A stretch of DNA of 64,000 nt from Setoptus koraiensis (taxonomy: Eukaryota; Animalia; Arthropoda), in NCBI GenBank assembly GCA_048013815.1, contig CM106586.1, positions 10,416,001 through 10,480,000 on the forward strand, read 5' to 3'. A program made the position numbers and the translations under genes. Under the pieces are notes generated by a model that was given only the letters and a program-made list of their open reading frames with translations, ran no database searches and was not told the origin of the DNA. Of the stretch, positions 27,498 to 39,297 are shown in pieces (position 1 is the stretch's first letter; each line of letters starts with the position of its first letter).

Positions 27498-29378
27498 CCC
27501 AGGTGAGTGTGGGCAACATTATGACGGTACCATAAATAATTCACACCCGCTCGCACACGATAATGCACGGCCGCGTCTAGTTAAACAGGTAGTGGTGGCG
27601 TTTTCTGCAGCGTGATTGTGTGTGAAAAATCGCCGCCGAAATTTTGCCGTTAGACAAGTGGCAATGCCCAGCGAAAATGTGCACTGTGTGTGGAAAAAAA
27701 AAACACTTAAGCGATAGAGCGTTAATTGGGGCTAGCTCGCCAAATGAGCTGATCGCCAGCCACTGTTCACAGTTGGGCGACACGTTGGAGAAATGTGTAC
27801 CGTAAATTCGGTAAATTCGGTAAATTTCGGGGGCTAATCTCGCCACGGTTTTCGAGCCGAAACGTACGACGCTGTTTTTTGTAGGCCGTTTTTCTCGTGT
27901 GAAAAATGAGCGTGAAAAAAGTGTGTGTGTGTGTGTTTGAGCCGAAATAAATTGTGAAATTGCAATCTATATTTTATTGATATAACAACAGACGGCACTT
28001 GTAATATGCGTTATATGCATGCAAATTATTTGCTTTGTTAATATGTTAATATTCATATATATATGATATAAGTCCCGCATAAATTAGGCGACGCTGCGGA
28101 AATTGCATGAGAAAAAAAAAGGAGCAAATCAATTGGGTGCGGGCTCGGCGCCGCATGCTATACGCAGATAATTCATGCATACATGCATAATATATTTTTG
28201 CGGCGGCCGCATATTGGCGCCCGAAAAACAGATATATGGACCGCATGTCATCGGTGGTTACTTTTTCGGCACTTTTGCACACATTGACGAGCACATGACG
28301 ATTTTTTGGGTGGCAAGCGGCCAAGAATCGGCCTGGCTCGGCTAATTTTGCAAAATGATCGGCTAATATCGCGATTTGCGATTCGCGATTCGCGAATGAT
28401 TCGCGCTCGACATATCGAGGCGCCATCGGAGGCACAGTGTGTGACGCTGTCAGAATTACTAAATTGACTACATTGGCAAATCGCGCCAACAAACAAGCAA
28501 ACCAATTTTTTTTCTCTCTCCAATTTCCAATTTCGGCTCGCCGAAATGGCGAAATGCCGAAAAAAGTCACCGAAAGCATCACTCACACCATCAGCTTTAT
28601 TTTGCGTCAACTTTGTTCACAGTTTGATAATTGTCAGCGTTGTTTTCGTTGTTGTTTATTATCCGCCACATCGCGCCACTAGTTTATGCGGCGACGAAAA
28701 ATGAGCAGCGGCCAGGCCGCACATCACGCATCAAAAATATAAAAATATAAAAATAAGAAGAATACACAAATACACAAAATATACGAAAAGAGTATACAAA
28801 TGAGCGTCGACACTAATATAAAGTAGTTTGTTTTGTTTGCTAGCTAACGCACATATTATGTAAATGTTCGATGATAGAAATGTCACAGCAAGAAACAAGA
28901 AATATTTATACTAGTATCATCAAAAAAGCATAAGGAACTGGAAGAAGAGATTTGTTGCTGCTTTTGTTGCCAATTGGCATGCCCATTACACACAAATGCA
29001 CTGATGTCGTTACGGGAATTATCCGTCCAGCTGGCCGGGCGCGTTTAAAAAGCGACGACGTCGACTCGTTTTCGAAAACGACGACGTTTTATACTCGTTT
29101 TTGCGCGCAAACCGCAACGGCCCGAAATGGCGCTTACATTGCATTAAATAGACAGAGATAGATACATTTGCAGAATGTTCAATCTTTTCGCTCGCCCAAA
29201 CAACCGAATGAGATAAAGAGACTGCGTTGCTTCCGTTACTTCAATTTGTTGTTGCGGTTTGCCGGATAACCAACCACCAGCATCAACAACAACGCCTGGC
29301 GAGTCAGTTGTGGCAACAGCGGCCACAACAAAACATCAATCCCACTGTCTATATAAATCAGATTGTGTTGCATCATCT

Positions 29379-29379
<1 letters not shown>

Positions 29380-29435
<56 letters not shown>

Positions 29436-29444
29436 GCTGCTGTT
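29380..29444. repeat. (TTG)n microsatellite, ~19 pure units
   Basis: Direct reading. Confidence 0.95.
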
Positions 29445-31313
29445 ATCAGTGTGCGGATATCAGTTGTGTGAGCATATCAGTTGCGAGGGGCGCCCATTGC
29501 GACATACTGCTACTGGTTGTAATAGAATCTGTCTGTTTGAATTGCAGATTAGATATATCTCGTTGGGGCTGTCAGCCTTGATCAGCAATCATCAATCAAT
29601 GGCACTATTACTACGAGAGATCATTAGTGCACGGTAGCGCGAATAATAGTATTGAATGGGTTTACTTATTTGGCTATTCTGGCATGCACTTTCAACGATT
29701 TGCGTGGGCAGCTGGGGCCCCATGAGACCAGTTTGCCAAGTCGGCCAGTTTGGTTTTTGAGCAGTTTGAGGGGGAGGGGGGAGCCAAATTGGCCGACTCA
29801 ACAACAACCATCCGACAGCGATTCGCGAATGCCCAAAATGCCAATTTGCTGAGTTAAGTGAGTACAAATATGGCCGCTCAGGGCCGCTGGTCAATCTGTC
29901 GCTGGTCAAATTCATTCAATTATGTATGCAACAGAGAGATAATTTCGCTGATAATTCAATATGCTCTCTCTCTCTGAATCGATCGCACCGCCAGCTCGCT
30001 GATTGTTTTGGTCAGGTGACGTTGTGTTGATTTTGAGGCCGTTTGTCGCCGATATCGTCGGATATCGGCGACACACGGCGAGCAACAAACGAGTCGACTA
30101 GGGTTCCGAGTAACCATTAGTATTAATGTGATTTTGTGGGCCGTTCAACTGGTCTCGGTGTCTCAATCTCGTGGCCAATCGTCTATTGCAATGCACGAAT
30201 TGTTTGTGGGGCAAGAAGTGAGAATTTTTGTCTGAGTGAGTGGATTATCAAGATGGATAAACAATTGGATTAACTGTAGTCTATAGATAGAGTGCTAAGA
30301 AGCGACTAACGCACGCAGACTTTCATGTCTAATTTATTCCTCTTACGCTGGTGGATCTTTCTTTCCAATTTCTTTCTTTCCAATTTCTGTTTTATTTGAT
30401 GGCTAAAAAAGTGAGCTCTCACTTGCTTTTTTTCAAGTGACTTTCACAAAAAACTACTCCATGGCGCGCGTTACCTTACTAGATTGTCGACCGGGATCAG
30501 CTAGCGGCAGCCGGGCCCCCCTAGCGCCGTCGTTTCGTTATTGCGTTCACGCATGAATTTGTGAATGTGTGAATTAATATTTTATGAGCGACCTTATCAA
30601 GCTCTGTTGTCTCGTTGCCACAGACTATGGATTTAAATCTAATTTAACTTAATTCGCCTCTAATCTTCACATGTATGTCTTACACAGTACAATACAGGAG
30701 TAATGTTCATTCATTGGATTCATTAATTGGATGCTGAACGGCTTTCAACGGGACCTCTACAACAAAGTGCTCATTCGTGAATATCCATACAGAAGCGATA
30801 AATTTTTGGCGGACATTTTTGTGGAGAATCATAATAATCACACATTATGCGCTCATTATCACTCACATCGTCACGAGCAACTGCCCATCTATCTATGACG
30901 CAATTGCCATTGTCTATCGACTGGATAACAGCAACAACTGGAAATCTTGAAATCAATTAAAATTAAGAAAATTTTTCACTCACAAGCTACGCACAATTTG
31001 AATGTGAAAACAACCCGAAACAAAAAATATTTACATGATTGCGACACCAACATTCAAAGTAGAACATTCTAGCAAGGGGCACTATCATTGCATCATTGAC
31101 AATCGGTGATAGTTGATGCGATAAATTAAAGTAATACAAAGAAAGAATTAGAACACACAAATCGACAAATTCAGTTTATCCAAAACAATCAACAGCATCA
31201 TAGATAGATCACAGAACAAGTGATTCGTTCGTCATAAGAATAAATCCACTCACTTCCGGTTTGAAAATTCGCTCACTGCCACACACATACACACACACAC
31301 ACAGTCTAGAGTG

Positions 31314-33311
31314 ATGAGTCGTTTCGCCCCAGCAAACGACACTGGATTGCCTGTATTTAGCTACATGGCGGCACCATTTACTAACTCAACTAGCGGCGGC
31401 GGCGAAATTATTCCGGTGCCGCACCATCATGATCAACAAGCAGCCAGCATATTGAATGATAACAGTCTAATAGCTGACGATGGCGAGTCGGCCATCGATT
31501 TGCGATCGCCCATTAATTTAATTATATTAATTATATTGATCAGTATTATATTTGTATCTATAGTGGGCAATTGTTTAGTATGTGTGGCCATATTCACAGA
31601 TAGACGCTTGAGGAAATTAGGCAACGCTTTTATAGTATCATTAGCTATTGCCGATTTATTTGTCAGCTGTTTAGTGATGACATTTGCCTTATGTAACGAA
31701 CTGATGAATTATTGGATGTTTGGCTCGTGGTTTTGTGACGTGTGGATCAGTTTTGATGTAATGTGTTGCACTGCTAGCATATTGAATTTGTGCGCCATCA
31801 GTCTAGATAGATTTATACACATAAAAGATTGTTTATTATATAATCAATATATGACAAAACGAGTGGCCATAAGCGCCGTTATGGCCATTTGGTTCATTTC
31901 CGCTTTGGTGTCGTTCGTGCCAATAGGTATGAGCTGGCACAGGCCGCCTACGTCGCCGTTAATTGCCTCTACGACGGGGGCGCCCGTTGCAACACAGAAT
32001 GGCACGCACTCAATTGAACTGGACACAAATTCAGTCACCATTGAGGACACGGGCAGCGGCCCTGAAAATGGGGCCAAAGTGCGAAAGAAACGCGACAACG
32101 ACAACATATTGGAACAATTGTCGCCCTTCGACCAATTTGATAATAGTTATCTCGGTGATGATGATGCAACAAACAACAATTTTAACACCAACGAGACCCC
32201 GTCGTCATATCCATCTACTGCTGCGGCTGCTGCTACCGCCAGTGGCGGCCCCTACGAGATAAGTAGCGACAACAATAGTGATAGAGTCGCGGGCTTGCGA
32301 GCCGCGGCCCGGCCCCGCCACCCAAGCCAGCAACAACAGCACACAACAAATACCCTGCCCCTGGTGCTAGCCAGAGAGCACAGAACGGCTCGGCTGAGAT
32401 TGAGGCAATTAGAGGCAGGCGACAATTATGAGGGCGACGCCGACGCCGCTGAAGTGGGCGGCCGACGTAAGCCGATTAATAGCATTGTTAATTCCAATAG
32501 AAAACAAGAAAGAATTCAATCTGTGATACAGCAACAACAGCACCAACAACAACAGGCGGGCCCCTCAAACGCACTCAATCACATTGGCGATCATATCAGC
32601 AGCAGTGGCAGCGGCAATTTGGGCCACATTGCGACGCCAACAAACGCGCAGACGCTAGCCAACGACCCTAGGCGCCCCCGACCCGACAACGGCCCCACCG
32701 GCGCGCAGGTGATACCAGCGGCTATCGATAGTAATAACAAGATTAATGAAAACTCATTGGACGAATCTCTCGAATTGATCTCAACATCGCCAGTAGCGGG
32801 CCCAGCGGCACAGCCAGAGCAACGACAGGCAAAGCATTTAGGTCTGGACAGCGACAGCCCGGCACTCGTCACCACAACTGTCGATGCGACATACGCCAGC
32901 GTGGCGCCCTCTCCCGGGGGGCCAGCAGCATCAGGCCAGGTGATATCGGTGGGCCGGCAGCAACAACAGCAGCAGCAACAACAGCAGCAGCAACAGCAGC
33001 AGCAACAACAACGCCAACAACAACGGCAACAACGGCGCCGCTCAACAGCTCGTGATATGGGCGCCCCCGCAAGCACCAAGACCCAGGTCAAGGTGGCGCT
33101 GCCACAATGTGCCTTCGTTTTAACTCCGACATACGCAGTTATCAGCTCCACTATAAGCTTTTATATACCGTGCATCATAATGTTGGGCCTGTATTCGCGA
33201 CTGTTCGCTTGCGCTAGGCGCCACGTCAAGAACATACAAGCCATCACAAAGATACAAACATTCAATAACCAACTGGACAGGTCAGCTGGCGTCGCGTCGC
33301 CCGACCAACAA

Positions 33312-33358
<47 letters not shown>

Positions 33359-35258
33359 ACTACAAAAACAACAACAGCAACAACCGCAACAGCAGCCACA
33401 ACAACAGGTCGCTCTGCAAATAGACCAGCAACAGCTCAAGAGCTCGGCCACCGCGGTCACCTATATGGAGGGCCGCACGGGCAGCGTTTCCGCCCACATT
33501 GTGCACACCACCAAGATACCCGGCGGCGGCGCCGCCGCCGCGCCCGTAACAACGGCACCAACCCCAAAAGCGCCAAGTGCCAACAAGCGCAACAAGCCGG
33601 ACGGAAATAACAACTGTCAGTTGTTGTTGTTGCCGGAAACTAACAGGCAGCAGCGCAACGGGCGCCAACAGCGCCAACGAACGGCCAACACAAACAACAA
33701 CAGCAAGAGCTCTGTCAAGATCAAGTGGCTCAAATCAAAAATGAACGGCCGATTCAACAAATGGAGCAGCCTCAACATTCCAGCCCACGAGGGGCCCCAG
33801 GCCGGCGCGGCGCCATGCTCGAAAAGCAAGAGCGAGCAAGACGAGCAGCGAGATCAGAAGAGGTCTTCGTCAGTGGACGAGCTAACGGGATTGTTGGACG
33901 ACTGTGCGCATCCCAACCAACCTCAAACGCAACCACAATCACAACTACAGCCACAAACACAAATAGAGATAGTAACGCCAACTGACAGAAACAACAACAA
34001 CAACACCGAGATTGAAGAAATAGAGTCAGTGGAGATGGAAATGGCCATAGACGATGCAAGTGACATCGGTGCCAATGACAACCAAATCCAATTGACCACT
34101 ATGACAATGATCAGCAGTGACGCAATTAATTGTATGGCAGCAAACATAAACAGCAACAACAACAACAGTCAGCTGATGTCGGCTGCAAACAATAATCAGC
34201 TGTTCGGAGAGCCAATAGTTAATAAGATGATCAATAGGAATAAACAAGACAGAAATAATCATCGCCAATATCGTAATGTCAAAGACGTCAAACAGCAATG
34301 GATAGAGCAGCAGCAGCAACAACAACAACAAGAGCAACAACTGCACAATAACAACCAACCGACAAGCTCGCTGGCAGACGATCAGCCGTTTCCGGAAGTA
34401 GGGGGCTCGGGTTCGCCGCCTGGTGGCCAGCTGGCCGAGCTTGGCCAGTGTGACAAGGCGGATAGATTTAAAAGTTTGGACCATCCCAAGTTGTTGGCTG
34501 GCATCATTGATAATTTTGTAGATGAGAAAACAACAAACATGATAAAAAGTGATAATCAATTGGTCAGTCCAAATAGCAAATTCCAGCAAACGCAAACGAA
34601 ATGTGTTGGCCAGCAAAAGAGTGAATCGCCAGCAAACGATTTCTATACTACGAGCGCCAATAGCAAACAAAACAACGCCAGAACACTGGCCAATGGGGCC
34701 CAATACAATGCCGATGTGCAAATGTCCAGCCAGAGTAGCAACAAAAACAACACCAACAACGGCCATCATCAGGCCGCCACTCACAAGGCCGCCATAACAT
34801 TGGGCATAATCATGGGCACCTTCCTGTTTTGCTGGGTACCATTTTTCTGTCTCAACATTATCAAGGCCTTTTGTCATGACTGCATACCTAGCTCGGTTTT
34901 TCGCGCCTTCACCTGGCTGGGCTACGCAAACAGTGCGCTCAATCCCATTATTTATGGTATACATAATAGTGAATTTAGGAATGCCTTTAATAGGATATTT
35001 TTCAAGCATCTCAGATGGCATCAGGCGAGCAATTTCAGAGCCTCCAGCTACTACAATGACCTGCAGCATGTTGCCAGAAATCGCCTACATGGACGCCACA
35101 ACAACAACAACAACAACAATAATACTAATACTAATAATGCCGATAGCAATAACAGCAACGCTAATAACGGGGGCTCACAGAGAACACACAGCAATAACCG
35201 ATCGCCCTTGATTAATCAACAACAGCGACGTGAGCAAGACACTTTCAACAGATACTAA
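31314..35258 (+). CDS. Dop1R1: D1-like dopamine receptor (class A GPCR), no coding intron, 1314 aa, with giant low-complexity ECL2 and ICL3
   Basis: TM1 GN; TM2 SLAIADLFVSCLVMTFA; TM3 FCDVWISFDVMCCTASILNLCAISLDRF (amine-binding Asp); TM5 TPTYAVISSTISFYIP (catechol serines); HKAAITLGIIMGTFLFCWVPFF; LGYANSALNPIIY. These segments match arthropod Dop1R1 as I recall it. The first ATG is 31314; the track's 31311 is GTG. Confidence 0.92.
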
Positions 35259-35444
35259 CGAGATATTTACGTTATTGTTCGCGTTACGTAAGAGAGTTGT
35301 TGCTTCTGTTGTTGCATTGTTTGCAATGTTTTTACACGAGCTACAACAAGAGTATACCAACATCAGCAGCCAAATTAATGAGCAGATGTACAACAACCAT
35401 CTAACCCATTAAAATGTCTATAATAATTATTAATAATGATATTT

Positions 35445-35450
35445 AATAAA
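35445..35450 (+). promoter_or_regulatory. Candidate polyadenylation signal (AATAAA) of Dop1R1
   Basis: AATAAA ~190 nt after the stop codon, in AT-rich context. Confidence 0.5.
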
Positions 35451-36238
35451 CACATCTCAACCAGATCTCTCTATCAGTAAGCGCACCACTATGTGACCAA
35501 CATTTAATCGTTTGAACCAACTGCGGGCAGCTTGATTGAACGCTAGTTGTTCTCATAATATTTTGTGATGATTTGATCAATCGATGATCGATCAGATCGA
35601 AGAAGAGCGTTTAATAATACAAAAAGAAAACGGTCATCCATACTATCTGTCTCGGCCGAAATGTTCTATTGCTAGCAAATTCGGTTCACTTATTTCTAGC
35701 CAAACACAGACATATTTCAGCTAAAAAGTCATTCAAAGTAATACAATGCTGAGCATGGTTCTCACACTGTTAACCGTCCACATTAAGCTAAAACTGGTCA
35801 TTACCTTTATAGTTTCTACGATCTTTATGGAGTTTCGGGAGCGCTTTTTTTCAACTTGAGCACACTTCCGTTTTCATTTGGTGCTTCCTAAACTCTTCTC
35901 TTATGATGACATACACGGATAATGTTACAATCAAAGACTAGCTCAAAATGCAACGAGGGTGAAAAAAAAAGATTATCCTTACACGAACCACAAATGTTTG
36001 TTAAAGCACAAACCACTTTGAAGAATGGCCGTAAAAGATTATTCGTCCTCTACTACGATGGCGTGCAATGTTTTCATTATATTTACTTGGTTATTTGTTT
36101 AATTTTTATTTGTACTAACGGAACATGGCCTTGTTGCTACTTATTGTCAGTTCAGCAGTCTTATTTGACCGATTCTCACTAACTGTTAAATTTACAGTCA
36201 GTTGATGAGTCGAAACTTGACTAATTATGTTTCCAAAT

Positions 36239-37137
36239 TCACAGCGTATCGCATATCGTGTAACCTATTTATTTCACATAAGCATGGTGTGGAAAGGAGA
36301 GGGTGGTTGTGAGTCATCAATAAAATATCACACTTGTCATGAAACAATTCAAATTGAGCCACTTACCTCGGCGAGTCGAAAAAGATTCGGGATCGCTAAC
36401 CGGATTTCTATTAATTTCATACTCTAGTTCATTGATCTGAAATCTTATCTTGTGAGCTTCGTTGTCTTGATAAATAATTGGTTCGAATTGCACTGATTGA
36501 TTACAGTAATAGTGACTTTCGGGCTCAGTTGGAAATTTCATTTGGACATCCGATGTTCGCCAAAGGAAATTTCCCAATTCCCTCCTCAAGTGACCATTGG
36601 CCAATTCACCTGTCATCATGTAAATGAAATTTCTAGATTTGTATTCAGTAAAATACATAGTTATCATGCCACAATTGAATATTATCTCTATTTTAGGTAT
36701 AAACTCATCCAGACGATTGTTAACAATGCCTTTGTCTCCCAGATCAAGTCGATAGTCTACATTTTGTACTCCATCAGTGATAAAGAAGGCGCCAGATAAC
36801 GACAGTTTAACTCTGTTGTCTCCGCTCAACAAATTCAACGACGACGGTGTGTCTATTTCGCTTGCTGTTAGATCGTTGCTTGTAACCTCCCATTGTTCGT
36901 TGTCCAACAGCGATATTGTTATGATTGGTGAATCTTGATCTGTTCCGTCTCCTCTATTTCGGGTAGTTTTTTCACCTTCAACACCATTCAGTTTAACAAA
37001 CTGACATTGCGGGTAAGCACTTCCGCTGCTCTCTGTTATAATCTTGAATACGTATAGAACTCCCAAAATTGCTGTGTTTAGTTTATAAGCAAATGAAATA
37101 AATTCAGATTATTATTATCTATACGTTCGAGGATCAT
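36239..37137 (-). CDS. LAMP-domain-like protein; tentative exons 37137..37125, 37071..36367 and 36264..36239
   Basis: Beta-rich ORF with a LAMP-like four-Cys pattern (PQC, FNCG, YYCNQS, TICD). A strong donor G|GTAAGT at 36367/36366 splices to an AG acceptor that supplies the last Cys. The first mini-exon and the start codon are speculative. Confidence 0.5.
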
Positions 37138-38164
37138 GTCGCTTTTGCGGGGAGAGCGGCCTCATCGACAGAACTCACAGCTAATTGTGATGATCATTAT
37201 CAATAGTAGCGAACAGAGACCCATCCTAACAGAGGACTTTTTTCTGTACTCTCTTGAGTGGACATCGAGTATTGCCTCGGCCATTTGATAAATTCTAGCT
37301 AACTTGGATGGTTCAGCGCAAAAATCTCATAAATAGTCTATTTATCCTAAGTTACTTAAATTACGATATTCTATTGGCTCCCAATTTTGACTGTCTCATT
37401 CAAATAATTTGTTACAAATATAAGATATCACAACAGATAATAGTTCAGTCTGATGGATCAAATCATCGATATAATCGCTTCGCTGACTTAGTTTGGCCAA
37501 GTCACATCAAAACCACACCACTATCTAAACAGACAACATCCCATCCTACAAACATCCCCAGACAAAATACTACTGACGCTTGCTACCATGTATTGGACAT
37601 GTGTGATTGTATCATGGAATTGCGTGAGGTCTCATATCTCAGATAAGAATTACGTTTTCACATGCTTCAACACTGAATGTAGACAATTAGCTGATAAGAA
37701 TCCTTTCGAAAAACCCTATACCACAGTCTAGATTTTGTGCAATGATATGTCCGGATGACGCCATCATCATAATGAGAGATGGAATAATGACAATTTTGAT
37801 TGTTGGAATCTTTAGTGGACTTAGATTGCCGATACCATTTTGCACTAACAACCGACGATCCAGCAATAGTTTGAATTGGACACTCAGTTTTACAAAAATG
37901 GTCCTACTTGTTGCATCTATGCCATATTTAATATTGAGCTATAAAAGCAACTCTCGCATGCGAGTCAACAGACTAAATACAAAATACTATTTTAACATTT
38001 TCATAAATTATCACTTAGTAAGTATCGATACATTTGACCAGCTTGAATTCTTGTAAAGCATATAATCCGAAAGCGCATACAAAACAATTGGTATGGTTCT
38101 TGTTCTTAAATTCAATCACAGGTTGTTGTATAGTCGATGTTCCTATTTACAATAATAGGTCATT

Positions 38165-39297
38165 CTATAGAGACACACATTTTTGGGCTCCGTATGATGT
38201 TACAAGTCCCAGAACTGTTGAGATACAGCCTATAGTCAAACCTCCAACTTTTCCTCCGACAATTAAACCTGTATTGAAATTAACAGTATATGTCAATATT
38301 GTAATTATAAGAACATTTTTCTGATGAACGATTACATATAGAACATATTCATCCTTGACTACTTACCCAATGGGCCGCCGATTAGGGCGCCAGCAACACA
38401 ACCAGTTATGGGTACAATGACTGTCAGATTTCTATTTGCTTTGTGTAGATGCTGATGGCCTGTTGTGATATCTTCGATTGTGGAATTTATATTATTTTCT
38501 ATGGAATCAAGACGATCTCTTTGCCTGTGAACGGCCTCATAGAACTCTCCAAAGAGTCTCCTTAGCTCTAGTGTATCCCTCTCCAGTTTCAGGAACATCT
38601 CTTGCTCGATGACATCATCAATAAGTTCATCACAATGGGTTTGGCCACCATTGCTGATGTATCCGGCATCGTTACAATAGTCATACTGGGTGGACTCGTC
38701 TAGTTGGTCCAATTGATCCGTTGAGCAATATGGAGACGATCTCAGAGTGGGAACTCGGTTGATATCCTCATTGGCCAACATGAACTCGCTGGTTGCCCTA
38801 ATTAAACTTGATCTTGTGTCGTCTAGTCTATCCAATAGTTCTTGGGCGGCGGCTGTTTTACATTGACTCTCTAATCTAGTCAGTTCCTTCAGATCACTGG
38901 TCAATTGTTTTATTGTCGATATAGCTTTGACTTGTTCATCTCGTATTTTGCGCGATCTGTCATCTCGATTCAATTTGGTCTGATTTGATCTGGCTGCGTC
39001 AATTAATAGACAATGCTCATGGAGCTTTTGTAGGTGTTCATCTTTGATGATGCTAATGGCACGATCTACGGCAAATTTCAGAAATTTTGAGTGCGTTTTG
39101 TTGGCAACGTGATTCTTTTCATTTTGAGTATTGTTTTGTCTCTTGTTAAATCTTTTGACGTTGTAATCGTTGTTATAAGAGTTGGTGTCCGCAACGTCCG
39201 ACTCTGCACCCTCTGATTTGTTTAATTTTTCTGAACTGGGGCTCTTTCTAGTAATGGTGTTGTTCTCTGGAGGAGATAGCCATTCTGCTGGCGGCAT
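38165..39297 (-). CDS. STX17: Syntaxin-17 (autophagosomal Qa-SNARE), 344 aa; exons 39297..38367 and 38268..38165
   Basis: SNARE heptads (LERDTLELRRLF..VHRQRDRLDSIENNI). A 98-nt GTAAGT..CAG intron joins the Gly-rich hairpin TM GALIGGPLG|LIVGGKVGG that is characteristic of STX17. The protein ends QKCVSL. Confidence 0.9.

Noticed and set aside
2428-31000. Numerous 60-270-aa ORFs on both strands in the GC-rich domain
   Set aside because: No recognisable domains; they overlap in several frames, often use non-ATG starts and are translated microsatellites. This is expected in GC-rich, stop-poor DNA.
31941-34781. Dop1R1 loop expansions as ordinary unspliced introns
   Set aside because: 1.2 kb and 1.5 kb remain in frame without stops, and I saw no convincing GT..AG pairs at the conserved boundaries. 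cDNA is still needed to exclude exitrons.
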